Assembly: GCA_963737065.1 (NCBI GenBank)
Contig: CAVTRC010000001.1
Coordinates: 640,001 to 704,000, forward strand
Source: Candidatus Eremiobacteria bacterium
Lineage (GTDB): Bacteria > Vulcanimicrobiota > Vulcanimicrobiia > Vulcanimicrobiales > Vulcanimicrobiaceae
Length of the DNA stretch: 64,000 nt
Direction: 5' to 3'
The position numbers and the translations under genes are program-made. Positions 19,714-29,058 of the stretch are shown here, piece after piece; within the stretch, counting starts at the first letter, position 1, and each line of letters begins with the position of its first letter. The notes under the pieces were generated by a model, which searched no databases, was not told where the DNA came from, and saw only the letters and a program-made list of their open reading frames with translations.

Positions 19714-22187
19714 AACTCCACCGGTCTCTTGCGGCGGCGGGCGCGTTTGCGCTCGCCGTTCAACTCACGTCGCCGCTCACGGTTAATGCCGCGAACGGCC
19801 ACGACGACCCCGGAACGCAGGTGACGAACACCGCGAACGCAGTCTATAAAGACGCCGGCGGAAACTCGTACACCACCACCTCCAATACGGTAACGGTGAC
19901 GGTGCAAAACGCGCCGACTCTAACGAATACGCCGGGCACCGGTTCCCCGTATGCGCCGGGACAGGTCGTAACCGACACGTTCGTGCTCACGAACACCGGT
20001 AACGGCGCGGGCACGTTCCAAGTCTCCGATACGTCATCCGCGCCTACGGCGAGCTCCGATGCGGTGCTCGGCGGAAGCGATGCGGCAGCGGCGACGCTCG
20101 GCAACGGCGCGGCGACGTGCACGACACCCGCCGGCTCGCAATCGGCGCCGTGCAAATACGCGGCGACGGTCGGCGGCACGACATACTATTTCACGAGCCT
20201 CAATGGAACGAGCGACAACAACTCGCTCGACTATTGGCTACTCCACACGAATCCGGCGACCGCCGCAGGTTCGTCGATCACCGTCTCCGTGTACTACGCG
20301 CTCGCGACGAGTGCTTCGACGCCCGCGACGGTAACATCGAGCATCTACGCATCGGTGGCGTATCCTGCCGCAGGCAGTGCGCCTGCTACGACGTCGTCCT
20401 CTGTCAACGCAACGGAGTCGAATACCGTTACCGCGGACGCGCGCCTCGACTTGTACAAGGCGAGCAGTCAGAATCCGGCGACCGGCGACATCACGTACAC
20501 GGTCTCTGCGCACAACGGAGGCGCGTTTGCCGCGAAGGATCTGCAATCGGTGAAAGCGCTGCTCGGCAGTGCGACTGCGGGCGTGCTGATCTCCGACAAG
20601 GTTCCGCAGTTCGGTGGGTCGCCGCTTTCGCTCAGCAATTCGGGCACGGTCACCGTTACGCCGAACGCGACGTATGGATTTGCGACCGGCGCGACGGCCG
20701 ACCTGTATTACTCGACGTCGGCAACCGGTACGACTAGCTGGACGAAAGCGACAGGAAATCTTCCGACGGACGGCAGCGTAACCTACGTTGCAATCTTCAT
20801 TCACGGTGGGACCTGCACGAGCGCCGGATACGAGCTGTGCGCGGACACCGGTCATGCGACGACGCCCGGTAACAGCAACGTTGCCTCCGCTGCGGCGATT
20901 GCGTTCTCGTTCACGGTCGTTCAGCCGAGTGGGCCCGGATCGGCCAACGCGAACGCAGTCAAAAACCTCGCGAACGGTGTCATCGGCGACAACCAGTCGA
21001 CGGAGCACATACTCGGACCGGGCATTCCGGGCGGAACGGCCGATACGCCATCGGCGACGCCCATCACAACGAGCGGTCAAGGCATAAACAACACCACGAA
21101 CACCTCGACGAACGGCGCGTCCAATCAGATCGGAAATCAAGCCCTTGCGTCGTACGCGCCGCAAAACGGTCCGTTCGGACAACCGGCCGCCGTTGGGTCG
21201 TATGACGGCGTCGTCGGATCGAATGGATCCAACGATTTCACAGCGTTTCCTTTCGGTCTCGCGGGCGATAGCGTCGTTAATACGAGTACGACGGTGGGAT
21301 CACCGGTAACCGCGGCAACGCTGGGCTCCGCGCAAACGATCTGCGTCGCGCATACGCTCAAAAACAACGGGAATCACGACGACTCGTTCAACATCGTCGC
21401 CACCGTTCCAACGGCATACCAGGTTCCGTCGACCAGCGGTGGAACTGCGGTCGCCGGCTGGAAGACCGGCGTTTATTCCGATGCGGCGTGCAGCGCCGCG
21501 CTCGGCGGATCGACCGACGGATCGCCGGCGGCGACCGCATCGAACGTTGCGATCGCCTCGGGCAACTCGCTCAACTATTACGTGAAATACGTCATTCCAG
21601 CGGGAGTGAAGTACTTCTACCGCTTTGACGCTTCGATCGTTGCGACCAGTGTCGGCAGCGGTTCGCAAAGCGACTCGACGCACGATGAACTTTACTCGGG
21701 ATTCGTCGCGCTCACGAAATCGCAGAATGTCACGAGCAACGGTTGCCCTTCGGGTGTGTCGCCGTCGTATGCAGCCGGCACCGTCTGTCCGACCGGCGTG
21801 ATCGCCTACACGGTCGACTATCGCAACCTCGTGATGGGCACGAGCAGCACCAACATCTCGTTCAACGCGTGCACGACGCAAGCGGGATCGTTGCAGATAA
21901 CGGATGACGGCACGCTCTCGACATCCAGCTCGACGACCACCGTCGCCAATTGGGCATCGTTTGCATCAATGACGGCCGCTCCGTCGGACTCGAGCGCCTC
22001 GTCGTCGTTCACGTACGCCACCGGCGTTCCCGCGGCCGGCGCAAGCCCGACGTGGAGTGCGGCGGCGACGAAGTTTGTCGACACGGTCGGTGGCTCGTCG
22101 TTCCAACTCGTTCCAAAAAACTACAGCGGTCCGTCGGCAACGCAAGGCAATCAGGGGACGGTGACGTTCTCCATCGCGGTGAAGTAA
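19710..22187 (+). CDS. Secreted Ser/Thr/Gly-rich multi-Ig DUF11-type protein (candidate major fibre subunit)
   Basis: Signal peptide; N-terminal PGTQVTNTANAVY...SNTVTVTV; internal LDLYK...ISDKVP...VKNLAN; C-terminal ALTKSQ...GVIAYTVDYRN...GTVTFSIAVK; ATGA overlap. Confidence 0.8.
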   Translation: MKLHRSLAAAGAFALAVQLTSPLTVNAANGHDDPGTQVTNTANAVYKDAGGNSYTTTSNTVTVTVQNAPTLTNTPGTGSPYAPGQVVTDTFVLTNTGNGAGTFQVSDTSSAPTASSDAVLGGSDAAAATLGNGAATCTTPAGSQSAPCKYAATVGGTTYYFTSLNGTSDNNSLDYWLLHTNPATAAGSSITVSVYYALATSASTPATVTSSIYASVAYPAAGSAPATTSSSVNATESNTVTADARLDLYKASSQNPATGDITYTVSAHNGGAFAAKDLQSVKALLGSATAGVLISDKVPQFGGSPLSLSNSGTVTVTPNATYGFATGATADLYYSTSATGTTSWTKATGNLPTDGSVTYVAIFIHGGTCTSAGYELCADTGHATTPGNSNVASAAAIAFSFTVVQPSGPGSANANAVKNLANGVIGDNQSTEHILGPGIPGGTADTPSATPITTSGQGINNTTNTSTNGASNQIGNQALASYAPQNGPFGQPAAVGSYDGVVGSNGSNDFTAFPFGLAGDSVVNTSTTVGSPVTAATLGSAQTICVAHTLKNNGNHDDSFNIVATVPTAYQVPSTSGGTAVAGWKTGVYSDAACSAALGGSTDGSPAATASNVAIASGNSLNYYVKYVIPAGVKYFYRFDASIVATSVGSGSQSDSTHDELYSGFVALTKSQNVTSNGCPSGVSPSYAAGTVCPTGVIAYTVDYRNLVMGTSSTNISFNACTTQAGSLQITDDGTLSTSSSTTTVANWASFASMTAAPSDSSASSSFTYATGVPAAGASPTWSAAATKFVDTVGGSSFQLVPKNYSGPSATQGNQGTVTFSIAVK

Positions 22188-22191
22188 CGAC

Positions 22192-24297
22192 GTGAACCGC
22201 TTCGGTTGGATCGCGGCGATCGTGCTGTGCGCTCTTGCAGCACAGCACGTCGCCGCGTCCCCGACCGGCGGAACGAGCATCGTGAACGAAGCGTCCGCAA
22301 CGTATAGCGATGTCTTCTCGCACGCCTATCAGACCACTTCCAATGCGATCGTCTCGCAAGTCGTGAGCCTCTCGTCGCTCGTCGTCTCGCCGAAACAAAA
22401 TGCGGCGGCACCGGCGTCGGATACGGTTGCGGTGAACGCATCCGCCACGCGCGTCTTCACGATCACCAACACATCGAACATCACCGACGCGTATCGCATC
22501 ACGAGTCTCCAGACGGGGCCACTCGGCGTTACGTCGATTGCATGGATCACACCGCCGGGATCGCTCGCCACGGCGGTCAACGGGAGTGCATCGCCCCAGA
22601 TCGGGCCCGGTTCATCGATCTCCGTTCGCGTGACGCTTTCTACGAGCGGACTCAACGTCGGCCAGTCGGTTCCGATCGCGCTCACCGCGCAGACGACGGT
22701 GACGCAGACCGGAAACGGTCTCGCGCACGATAGCGGTATGGAATGGGTGATCGGTGCGACGGGCCCGCACTTTTCGGGGCCGGCCGGTGCAAACACCACC
22801 GTCCTGAAGACCGTAAATAATGCGAGGCAGGTACAGACCCAACCGGGCGCAACCGTGACATTTCACATTGCTGCACTCAATAGCGGCGGCGCCGCGGCGA
22901 CGAACGTGCAGATCAGCGATCCGGTACCGGCGGGGTTGCGGGTTGATCTGTCATCGGCAGAGTTGAACGGTCAACCCGCGGGCGCGCAAGCGTCACTGAG
23001 CGGAAACACAATCGTGTTTCGCGTTCCGTCGATCGGCGCCCAGCAAAGCGTCGATGCGACGTTCAACGCGATCCTTCCGCCGGGAGAATCGCTCGGCGAG
23101 TCCTTCGTGAACGTCGCGACGACAGCCGCAGACGGCATTCCCGCAACCGCAACGACTCCCGCCGATGTTTTTTCTGGTTCATCGAACATCGTCTTCGATG
23201 GTTTTGCGGGTGCTGGACATCCGATCGCCGGCGCGGTTATCGCGCTGCTCGATGCGAACGGGAAACCGGTCGGAATCAACGCGCCGAATCCGTCGGTTAC
23301 CGGACCGGACGGCAAGTACGCGCTCCCGCTTTCAGTTCAACTGATTCCCGCAGCGGGCGCGCATTTTACGCTGACGATTTCGGCACCGTCGTATCTAAAC
23401 CGGCGCATCACCCTGGTGATTACGCCCACCGCGAACGGGTTCTACAACGTCTCCGAAACATCGGCTGACGCGCAACCGATCGCGGCGGCCGGCGGCTTCA
23501 CCCTCACGATGAACAACGTTCATCTTCAAGACGTCTTCGGGCTGTTCGGCAACCTGCCGCTCTTCGCGCTCAGAACGATCTCCGTCACGAAGACGTCCGA
23601 CAAACAAGCGGCGTCTGCGGGGGACCGGGTGATCTTCACACTCGGTCTGCAAAATCAAACGACGTTTGGAATCGCGAACGTTCGTGTCGTCGATACGATG
23701 CAAGCCGGATTTGCGTATCTGAACGGAACGGCGAGAGTTGACGGGCTTCCACTCGAACCGCTGGTATCTGGACGCACGCTTTCGTGGGTCTTTTCATCGA
23801 TTGCACCGGCGCAGATGCACACGATCACCTATGGCGCAACGATCGTGCCCGGCGTTGCTGCGGGAAGTACCCTTGCGAACAGCGTTTCGGTGAACGGCAG
23901 CGCGGCGATCGGCGGCGTGAATACCGGCGCTTCCGCAAGTACGAGCGTGATGGTCATCGACGGCGTGCTTTCCATGCGCCGCGTCGTGACCGGTAGAGTA
24001 TTCTTCGACGACGCGCATCGCGGTTATTTCGTGCGCGGCGACCGCGCGATCTCCAGCGTTCGCGTCGTCCTTGAAGACGGTTCGTTCGCGATCACCGATT
24101 CCGGCGGCGCGTTTTCGTTTCCGTCCGTTCGCCCCGGATTGCATGTCGTGCGAATCGATCCGCTGACGTTGCCGGCGTCCGCGCGCGCACAGAGTGATGC
24201 GCCGATGAATTCCAGTCGCTCGTACGAGCAGCTATTGCACGGCGTGCTCGACGACGGAACGATGGAAGACGTCGAATTTGCGGTGGCACCGCGATGA
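22192..24297 (+). CDS. Secreted protein with two DUF11 domains and a C-terminal SdrD-B/carboxypeptidase-regulatory-like domain (candidate base subunit)
   Basis: GTSIVNEASATY; VLKTV...QISDPVPAGL...FVNVA; VTKTSDK...VVDTM...LANSV; GRVFFDD...LEDGSFAITDSGGAFSF..VRPGLHVVRID. Confidence 0.8.
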   Translation: MNRFGWIAAIVLCALAAQHVAASPTGGTSIVNEASATYSDVFSHAYQTTSNAIVSQVVSLSSLVVSPKQNAAAPASDTVAVNASATRVFTITNTSNITDAYRITSLQTGPLGVTSIAWITPPGSLATAVNGSASPQIGPGSSISVRVTLSTSGLNVGQSVPIALTAQTTVTQTGNGLAHDSGMEWVIGATGPHFSGPAGANTTVLKTVNNARQVQTQPGATVTFHIAALNSGGAAATNVQISDPVPAGLRVDLSSAELNGQPAGAQASLSGNTIVFRVPSIGAQQSVDATFNAILPPGESLGESFVNVATTAADGIPATATTPADVFSGSSNIVFDGFAGAGHPIAGAVIALLDANGKPVGINAPNPSVTGPDGKYALPLSVQLIPAAGAHFTLTISAPSYLNRRITLVITPTANGFYNVSETSADAQPIAAAGGFTLTMNNVHLQDVFGLFGNLPLFALRTISVTKTSDKQAASAGDRVIFTLGLQNQTTFGIANVRVVDTMQAGFAYLNGTARVDGLPLEPLVSGRTLSWVFSSIAPAQMHTITYGATIVPGVAAGSTLANSVSVNGSAAIGGVNTGASASTSVMVIDGVLSMRRVVTGRVFFDDAHRGYFVRGDRAISSVRVVLEDGSFAITDSGGAFSFPSVRPGLHVVRIDPLTLPASARAQSDAPMNSSRSYEQLLHGVLDDGTMEDVEFAVAPR

Positions 24298-27200
24298 AGC
24301 GGTTGGGAAGAGCGTTGCAGTGTGCGGGCGCCGCGCTTATGGTCGCGTCGTTTATGACGTCGATGACGACCCGCGTTTCCGATGCCGATACGGCGGCCGG
24401 CGCGGCGACGGCAACGTTCGTCGCGCCGAACCCGGGCAGCGCTGCGCCGATCGGCGCAACCAACGTCATCATCTCGACCCAACTCGGCAGTTCGATCGAG
24501 TTGCTCGACGACGGCGAACTCGTCGACGGAAAGCACCTCGGTAAGCGAACGTTCAACAAATCGACCGGCGAGGCGCAATGGTTTTTCTACGGCGTCACAT
24601 TGCACCCGGGACCGAACGAACTCGTCGCGACCGCGCTCCGCGCGCCCGGGTTACGTGGAACGCCGGCGACATTGACCGTCTATGGACCCGGTGACGCGCA
24701 GACAATTCGCGCGGAGTTCGGATCGCATTTACGTGCCGATGGAAAAACGATCGCTCCGCTCAATATTACGGTCAGCGACCGGTACGGCAATGCTGCGGCG
24801 CCCGCGCAACGTGTGGACGTGCGAATTTTGCGCGGAAACGTAACCTTCGGCGATCTGCCGAAAGACGGTACGAACGCCGCACCGGCGTCGCCGGACGTTC
24901 TCACTTCGCCCGCGCCGCAGGGCGCGCTTTCCGCGCAAGTGCCGCTTCCCGTCGGTGGATATCTGTCGCTTCCCGTCGTGTCGGGAACGCTCGCCGGCGC
25001 ATTCGACATCGAGGTACGCGTCGGCAACGCGTATCTTCGGCGTTCGTTCTACGTCGAGCCATACGTTCGCCCCGCATTCGTTACGGGGCTTGCGTCGGTC
25101 GGCGTCGGCGCCGTCCCGGGTGACGTCGACGGCGACGGTATCGAAGACGGCGGCGGAGCGCGCCGCGAGCGCGCAGCGATTTTCGCAACGGGAGCCGTTG
25201 GACGCACGCTCGTGACCGCCGGCTACGAATCGCAAAACCGTCTGTCGCCCGTTTCGTCTCTCGGTGCGCCGGTCGATTCGCCCAATAGCCGTCCGTATTT
25301 GACGTACGGCGACAGCTCGACGATCGCACAGCCGTATCGCTCGCAAGATCACTTCTACGCGCGCGTGGATCGCGGAAGGTCGAGCGCATTGTGGGGGCAG
25401 TACGTTGCGGACGTCGGGCCACCGGACGTGGGCGGATATCAGCAGCTCTTGAACGGCGCGAAGGTCGATGTGTCGCTCGGTGCGAGCGGACGCGCGCGTG
25501 TAACCGCGTTTACCGCGCGCAATCAGCAAGCGTTCATTTCGACGATTCTTCCGTTGACGGGACTCGCCACGCTTTCCGCACCGCTTCACCCCGACATCGT
25601 CGTCGGCTCGGATCTGCTGCAGTTGGTGACGCTCGACCGCGCGACGGGTTTGATGATTCGAGAGACACCACTCTTGCGAAACGTCGACTACACAATCGAT
25701 TACGCGACGGGCATCCTGCGTTTCATCAACGTACCGCTACCGTACGACCCGCAGTTCAATCCGCAAGTCGTCTCGCTGCAATACGAATACCAGGGGCCGG
25801 GCGTCGCATCACAGACGACCGGTGCGCAGGTCAGCTACGCGCTTTCCCTCGACGGCCGCACGACGGCCCGTGCAGGTTACGTCAACGACGCAACCGGAAC
25901 GCAAAATTTCGCGCTCGTCACACAATCGCTAGCGCGGACATGGGCGAACGGATCGTTTACCGTTTCTCATGCTTCCAGCGCCGGGTTCGTTCCGAGCGCC
26001 GGAAGCTCGACGCAACTGGGCGCGGCGACCGTGGTGCCGCATAACGGCGAAGCGATCTCCGTCGCGCTCGATGAACGGAATGCCACGAATGCCGTTGCGC
26101 TCGGATATCAGTCGACTAGCGCGGGTTATAACGATCCGTTCGGTGGATTCAGCTCGCCCGGAACGCGCGCATATCGTGCGATCTATTCACTCGGCACGGC
26201 GCGTGCCGGTCAACTGCAAATGAACCTCTCGGGTGAAAGTAACACCGGCATCGGAGCGGCAAGCAGCGAGCTCGACGGTGCGGTGACGTACCTGCGCGCC
26301 CTCACGTCCCGCTTGACGATGAGCGCGGGCGTTGCCGAGCATCGCCAAACGATCGGGGCGCAGCCGTCGGCGTCTCCCGCTGCGAACGTCGCATTAGCGA
26401 ATACGCAGCAGACGCAGGCGCAGGCATCCCTCACCTACCGCATGCCGGAGCGTCTCGGCATTTCGGTTTCGGAATCCGACACGCTGCGCGGCAGTGATGC
26501 GGGCTCAACGCAACCGTCTCAGACGCAACTCGAAGCGACGTACGACTTGCCAAAGCGCGGCCGTTTGTTCTTCCGCGAACTTTGGAGCGATCAACCGTCG
26601 GCGACGTTTGCGAATTCAACGGCAAATCTCAATATCGCGTCGGGCTCGACCCATTCGATGCAATTCGGGGTCGAACAGCCGCTCTCGGCGGCAACGACGG
26701 TTAGCTCGCAATACGTCATCGATCAAGTCGCGTCGGGCGTGAATATCTATGCCGCGGCAGGCATTGACGAACGCGTGCATCTCGGCAAAGCAATTGCCGG
26801 AAACTTGACGTTGCAATCGGCAAACGCAGTTGGCGCGGGAGCGGAGGGATTCACCGTTCTCGGTGCCGCGCTCACATACGCGCCGGCGAGCGGGAAGTTT
26901 CGCAGTTCGGTTTCGTATCAAGATCGAACGGGCGCGTCGTCCGGATCGACCGTTTCCGCGGCAATCGCAGGTCATATCAGCGACGCTCTCTCAGCGGTGG
27001 GCTTCATTCAACGCGCATACGGCAACGGGATCAACGCGATCGACGATCGGTTGTCGGTTGCGTATCGTCCGCGCGCCGACGATCGCCTCATCTCACTCTT
27101 CGATTACGAGCGAGGCAACGAGACCGGGCTCGCCGGTGAAGCGGCGAACGTCGCCTCGTTCGAAGAGTTGTTTCGCATGACGCAGACCTTTGAACTCGCC

Positions 27201-27527
27201 GGCCGGTTTGCATACAAATTCGACGGCGGCGGCGAGTACGCGGCGCGCACCGTGCTGTGGTTGGGACGCGCAACGCAGCATGTCGGCTCGCGCGGTGATG
27301 TCGCGCTCGAGGCGCGGACGGCCATCGTTCCGGGCGCGACCGGCGCACGCACGACCGCCGTCGCCGCCGAAGCCGGCGAGACCATTGGGCGCACGGCGCG
27401 CGCCGCGGTTGGTTACAACATCGCCGGAAGCGTCGATCCGTCGCTGCTCGGCGTCCCGCAACGCAAAGGCATCTACATAACCTTCACAACGCTGATCGAT
27501 CGTATCTTCGGGTGGGGAAAACCATGA
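24294..27527 (+). CDS. Large outer-membrane beta-barrel protein with periplasmic Ig-like domains (candidate secretion/assembly platform)
   Basis: Signal peptide; LRADGK...ITVSDRYGN Ig-like motif; YLTYGDSS; LLRNVDYTIDYATGILRF; several hundred aa of alternating Y/F/G-rich strands; ATGA overlaps at both ends. Confidence 0.75.
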   Translation: MKRLGRALQCAGAALMVASFMTSMTTRVSDADTAAGAATATFVAPNPGSAAPIGATNVIISTQLGSSIELLDDGELVDGKHLGKRTFNKSTGEAQWFFYGVTLHPGPNELVATALRAPGLRGTPATLTVYGPGDAQTIRAEFGSHLRADGKTIAPLNITVSDRYGNAAAPAQRVDVRILRGNVTFGDLPKDGTNAAPASPDVLTSPAPQGALSAQVPLPVGGYLSLPVVSGTLAGAFDIEVRVGNAYLRRSFYVEPYVRPAFVTGLASVGVGAVPGDVDGDGIEDGGGARRERAAIFATGAVGRTLVTAGYESQNRLSPVSSLGAPVDSPNSRPYLTYGDSSTIAQPYRSQDHFYARVDRGRSSALWGQYVADVGPPDVGGYQQLLNGAKVDVSLGASGRARVTAFTARNQQAFISTILPLTGLATLSAPLHPDIVVGSDLLQLVTLDRATGLMIRETPLLRNVDYTIDYATGILRFINVPLPYDPQFNPQVVSLQYEYQGPGVASQTTGAQVSYALSLDGRTTARAGYVNDATGTQNFALVTQSLARTWANGSFTVSHASSAGFVPSAGSSTQLGAATVVPHNGEAISVALDERNATNAVALGYQSTSAGYNDPFGGFSSPGTRAYRAIYSLGTARAGQLQMNLSGESNTGIGAASSELDGAVTYLRALTSRLTMSAGVAEHRQTIGAQPSASPAANVALANTQQTQAQASLTYRMPERLGISVSESDTLRGSDAGSTQPSQTQLEATYDLPKRGRLFFRELWSDQPSATFANSTANLNIASGSTHSMQFGVEQPLSAATTVSSQYVIDQVASGVNIYAAAGIDERVHLGKAIAGNLTLQSANAVGAGAEGFTVLGAALTYAPASGKFRSSVSYQDRTGASSGSTVSAAIAGHISDALSAVGFIQRAYGNGINAIDDRLSVAYRPRADDRLISLFDYERGNETGLAGEAANVASFEELFRMTQTFELAGRFAYKFDGGGEYAARTVLWLGRATQHVGSRGDVALEARTAIVPGATGARTTAVAAEAGETIGRTARAAVGYNIAGSVDPSLLGVPQRKGIYITFTTLIDRIFGWGKP

Positions 27528-29050
27528 CGCGGCTATTGATGCGTCTCGTGGTCGCGGCGGCGTTCGCGATCGTGACGTGCGCGTTTGCGAGCGCCTCGAC
27601 GATCATGGTCTTGAGCGACAGCGCGGGCGTCTATTTGATCGATTCCGCGACCGGCAAAGTCGTTCAGTCGTACGGCAACCTCTTCTCCGGAAGCAGCGCG
27701 CAGGACGTCGCTGAAGACCTCAACGGCAACCTGTACGTGACCGATAGCTCCGGCAACCTCCGAAAGGCGACGTTCAACGCGAACGCCGGATCGTCGACCG
27801 GCGCGTATGCCGCGGCGACCGTCGTCGGCGCGATCCCCGGATATACTTCCGCGGTTGCGCGTCTTGCGTGGGATCCCACCACGTTGTATTGCGCGACCGG
27901 CTGCCTCGTGACGATGAACAGCAGCGGAAATTCGCTCGATTGGATCAATCCGGCGACGGCCGCCATCGTAAAAAGCGTCGCGGTGAGTCCGGCCATCTCG
28001 GGTGGCGGCGACCTTGTCATCGACCCCACTGCGGTGAACAACGCGGCCGTCTACGTCGTCTCCGGAAAAGCGTTTTACAGCGTCAATCCGTCGACGGGCG
28101 CGTCGACCTCGATCGCGACGTTTTCGTGGCCGGGGCTCACGGCGAATCTGACGGGACTTGCGCTCCTGGCGAACGGCGATCTGGTTGGATGCGAACAAAA
28201 AGGCAGCGGAACGGCCTGGACGCTTTGGGAATTCACGACCGCCGGAGCGCTCGTCACGAGCCAAACGGGCATTAGCACCGGAAGCGACGTGGTGAACGAC
28301 CTCGCTTCGGTTCCGGCGACGTTCACGACGTCGAAAACCGGCACCGCGAATGCGGGCCTCGGCGACACGATGATTTATACCGTCACATTGAAGAACACGA
28401 GTTACTTCACCGTGCCGACGGCCGCGATGACCGACCCATATCCTTCGACGATCAGCGTTTTATCGTCGCCGGCGCCGTCGTGCAGTGTTTCCGGCGGCGG
28501 CAGTTGCACCGCGACGCTGAACCCGAGCGCAAGCCCTTCGCCCGACGTTGTCGCAAGCGTTACGAACTTGGCCGCCGGCGCAACCGCCACGATGACGTTC
28601 GAAGGTTCACCGAGCGCGAGTGCGAGCGGGACCGTCTCGAACACGGCAAACTCGAGCGTTCCGTTCGATCCCAACGAGTACGGCGGCTCGACCGCTGCAA
28701 CGAACACCATCAACACAACGATCACGGCGTCCGAATTTGCGAAACAGGTAGCAAACATCACGGAGGGCCTTGCGCCGGGCACGAGCTTGATCGGCAAACC
28801 GGGTGATGTCGTGGAATACACCCTGACGTTCACGAACCGCCGCGGCTTTTCGCTGGCGTCCTTTCAAATCAACGACCCGGTGCCGACGGGAACGACGTAC
28901 GTCGCAAACAGCGCAACGTGCATAAGTCAGCCCGCGGGGCTCACCTGCGCGCCGTCGCAGTCAGGCGGCGTCGTGTCGTTTGTTTACACCGGCACGAGCT
29001 TGGCCGCCAACGGCGTCGTCAGCGCAAAGTTCCGCGTAACGATCAACTAA
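27524..29050 (+). CDS. Secreted beta-propeller + two DUF11 domain protein (candidate tip adhesin)
   Basis: Repeated blades (LIDSATG, DLNGNLYV, INPATA, VNPSTGA); TTSKTG...MTDPYP...VSNTA; FAKQV...PGDVVEYTLTFTN...INDPVPTGTTYV...AKFRVTIN. Confidence 0.8.
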   Translation: MTRLLMRLVVAAAFAIVTCAFASASTIMVLSDSAGVYLIDSATGKVVQSYGNLFSGSSAQDVAEDLNGNLYVTDSSGNLRKATFNANAGSSTGAYAAATVVGAIPGYTSAVARLAWDPTTLYCATGCLVTMNSSGNSLDWINPATAAIVKSVAVSPAISGGGDLVIDPTAVNNAAVYVVSGKAFYSVNPSTGASTSIATFSWPGLTANLTGLALLANGDLVGCEQKGSGTAWTLWEFTTAGALVTSQTGISTGSDVVNDLASVPATFTTSKTGTANAGLGDTMIYTVTLKNTSYFTVPTAAMTDPYPSTISVLSSPAPSCSVSGGGSCTATLNPSASPSPDVVASVTNLAAGATATMTFEGSPSASASGTVSNTANSSVPFDPNEYGGSTAATNTINTTITASEFAKQVANITEGLAPGTSLIGKPGDVVEYTLTFTNRRGFSLASFQINDPVPTGTTYVANSATCISQPAGLTCAPSQSGGVVSFVYTGTSLAANGVVSAKFRVTIN

Positions 29051-29058
29051 CGAAGGCC

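Noticed and set aside
20238..21182. Long antisense and alternative-frame ORFs here and across the window
   Set aside because: Arg/Ala-rich shadows of real genes expected at this GC content; no motifs or RBS
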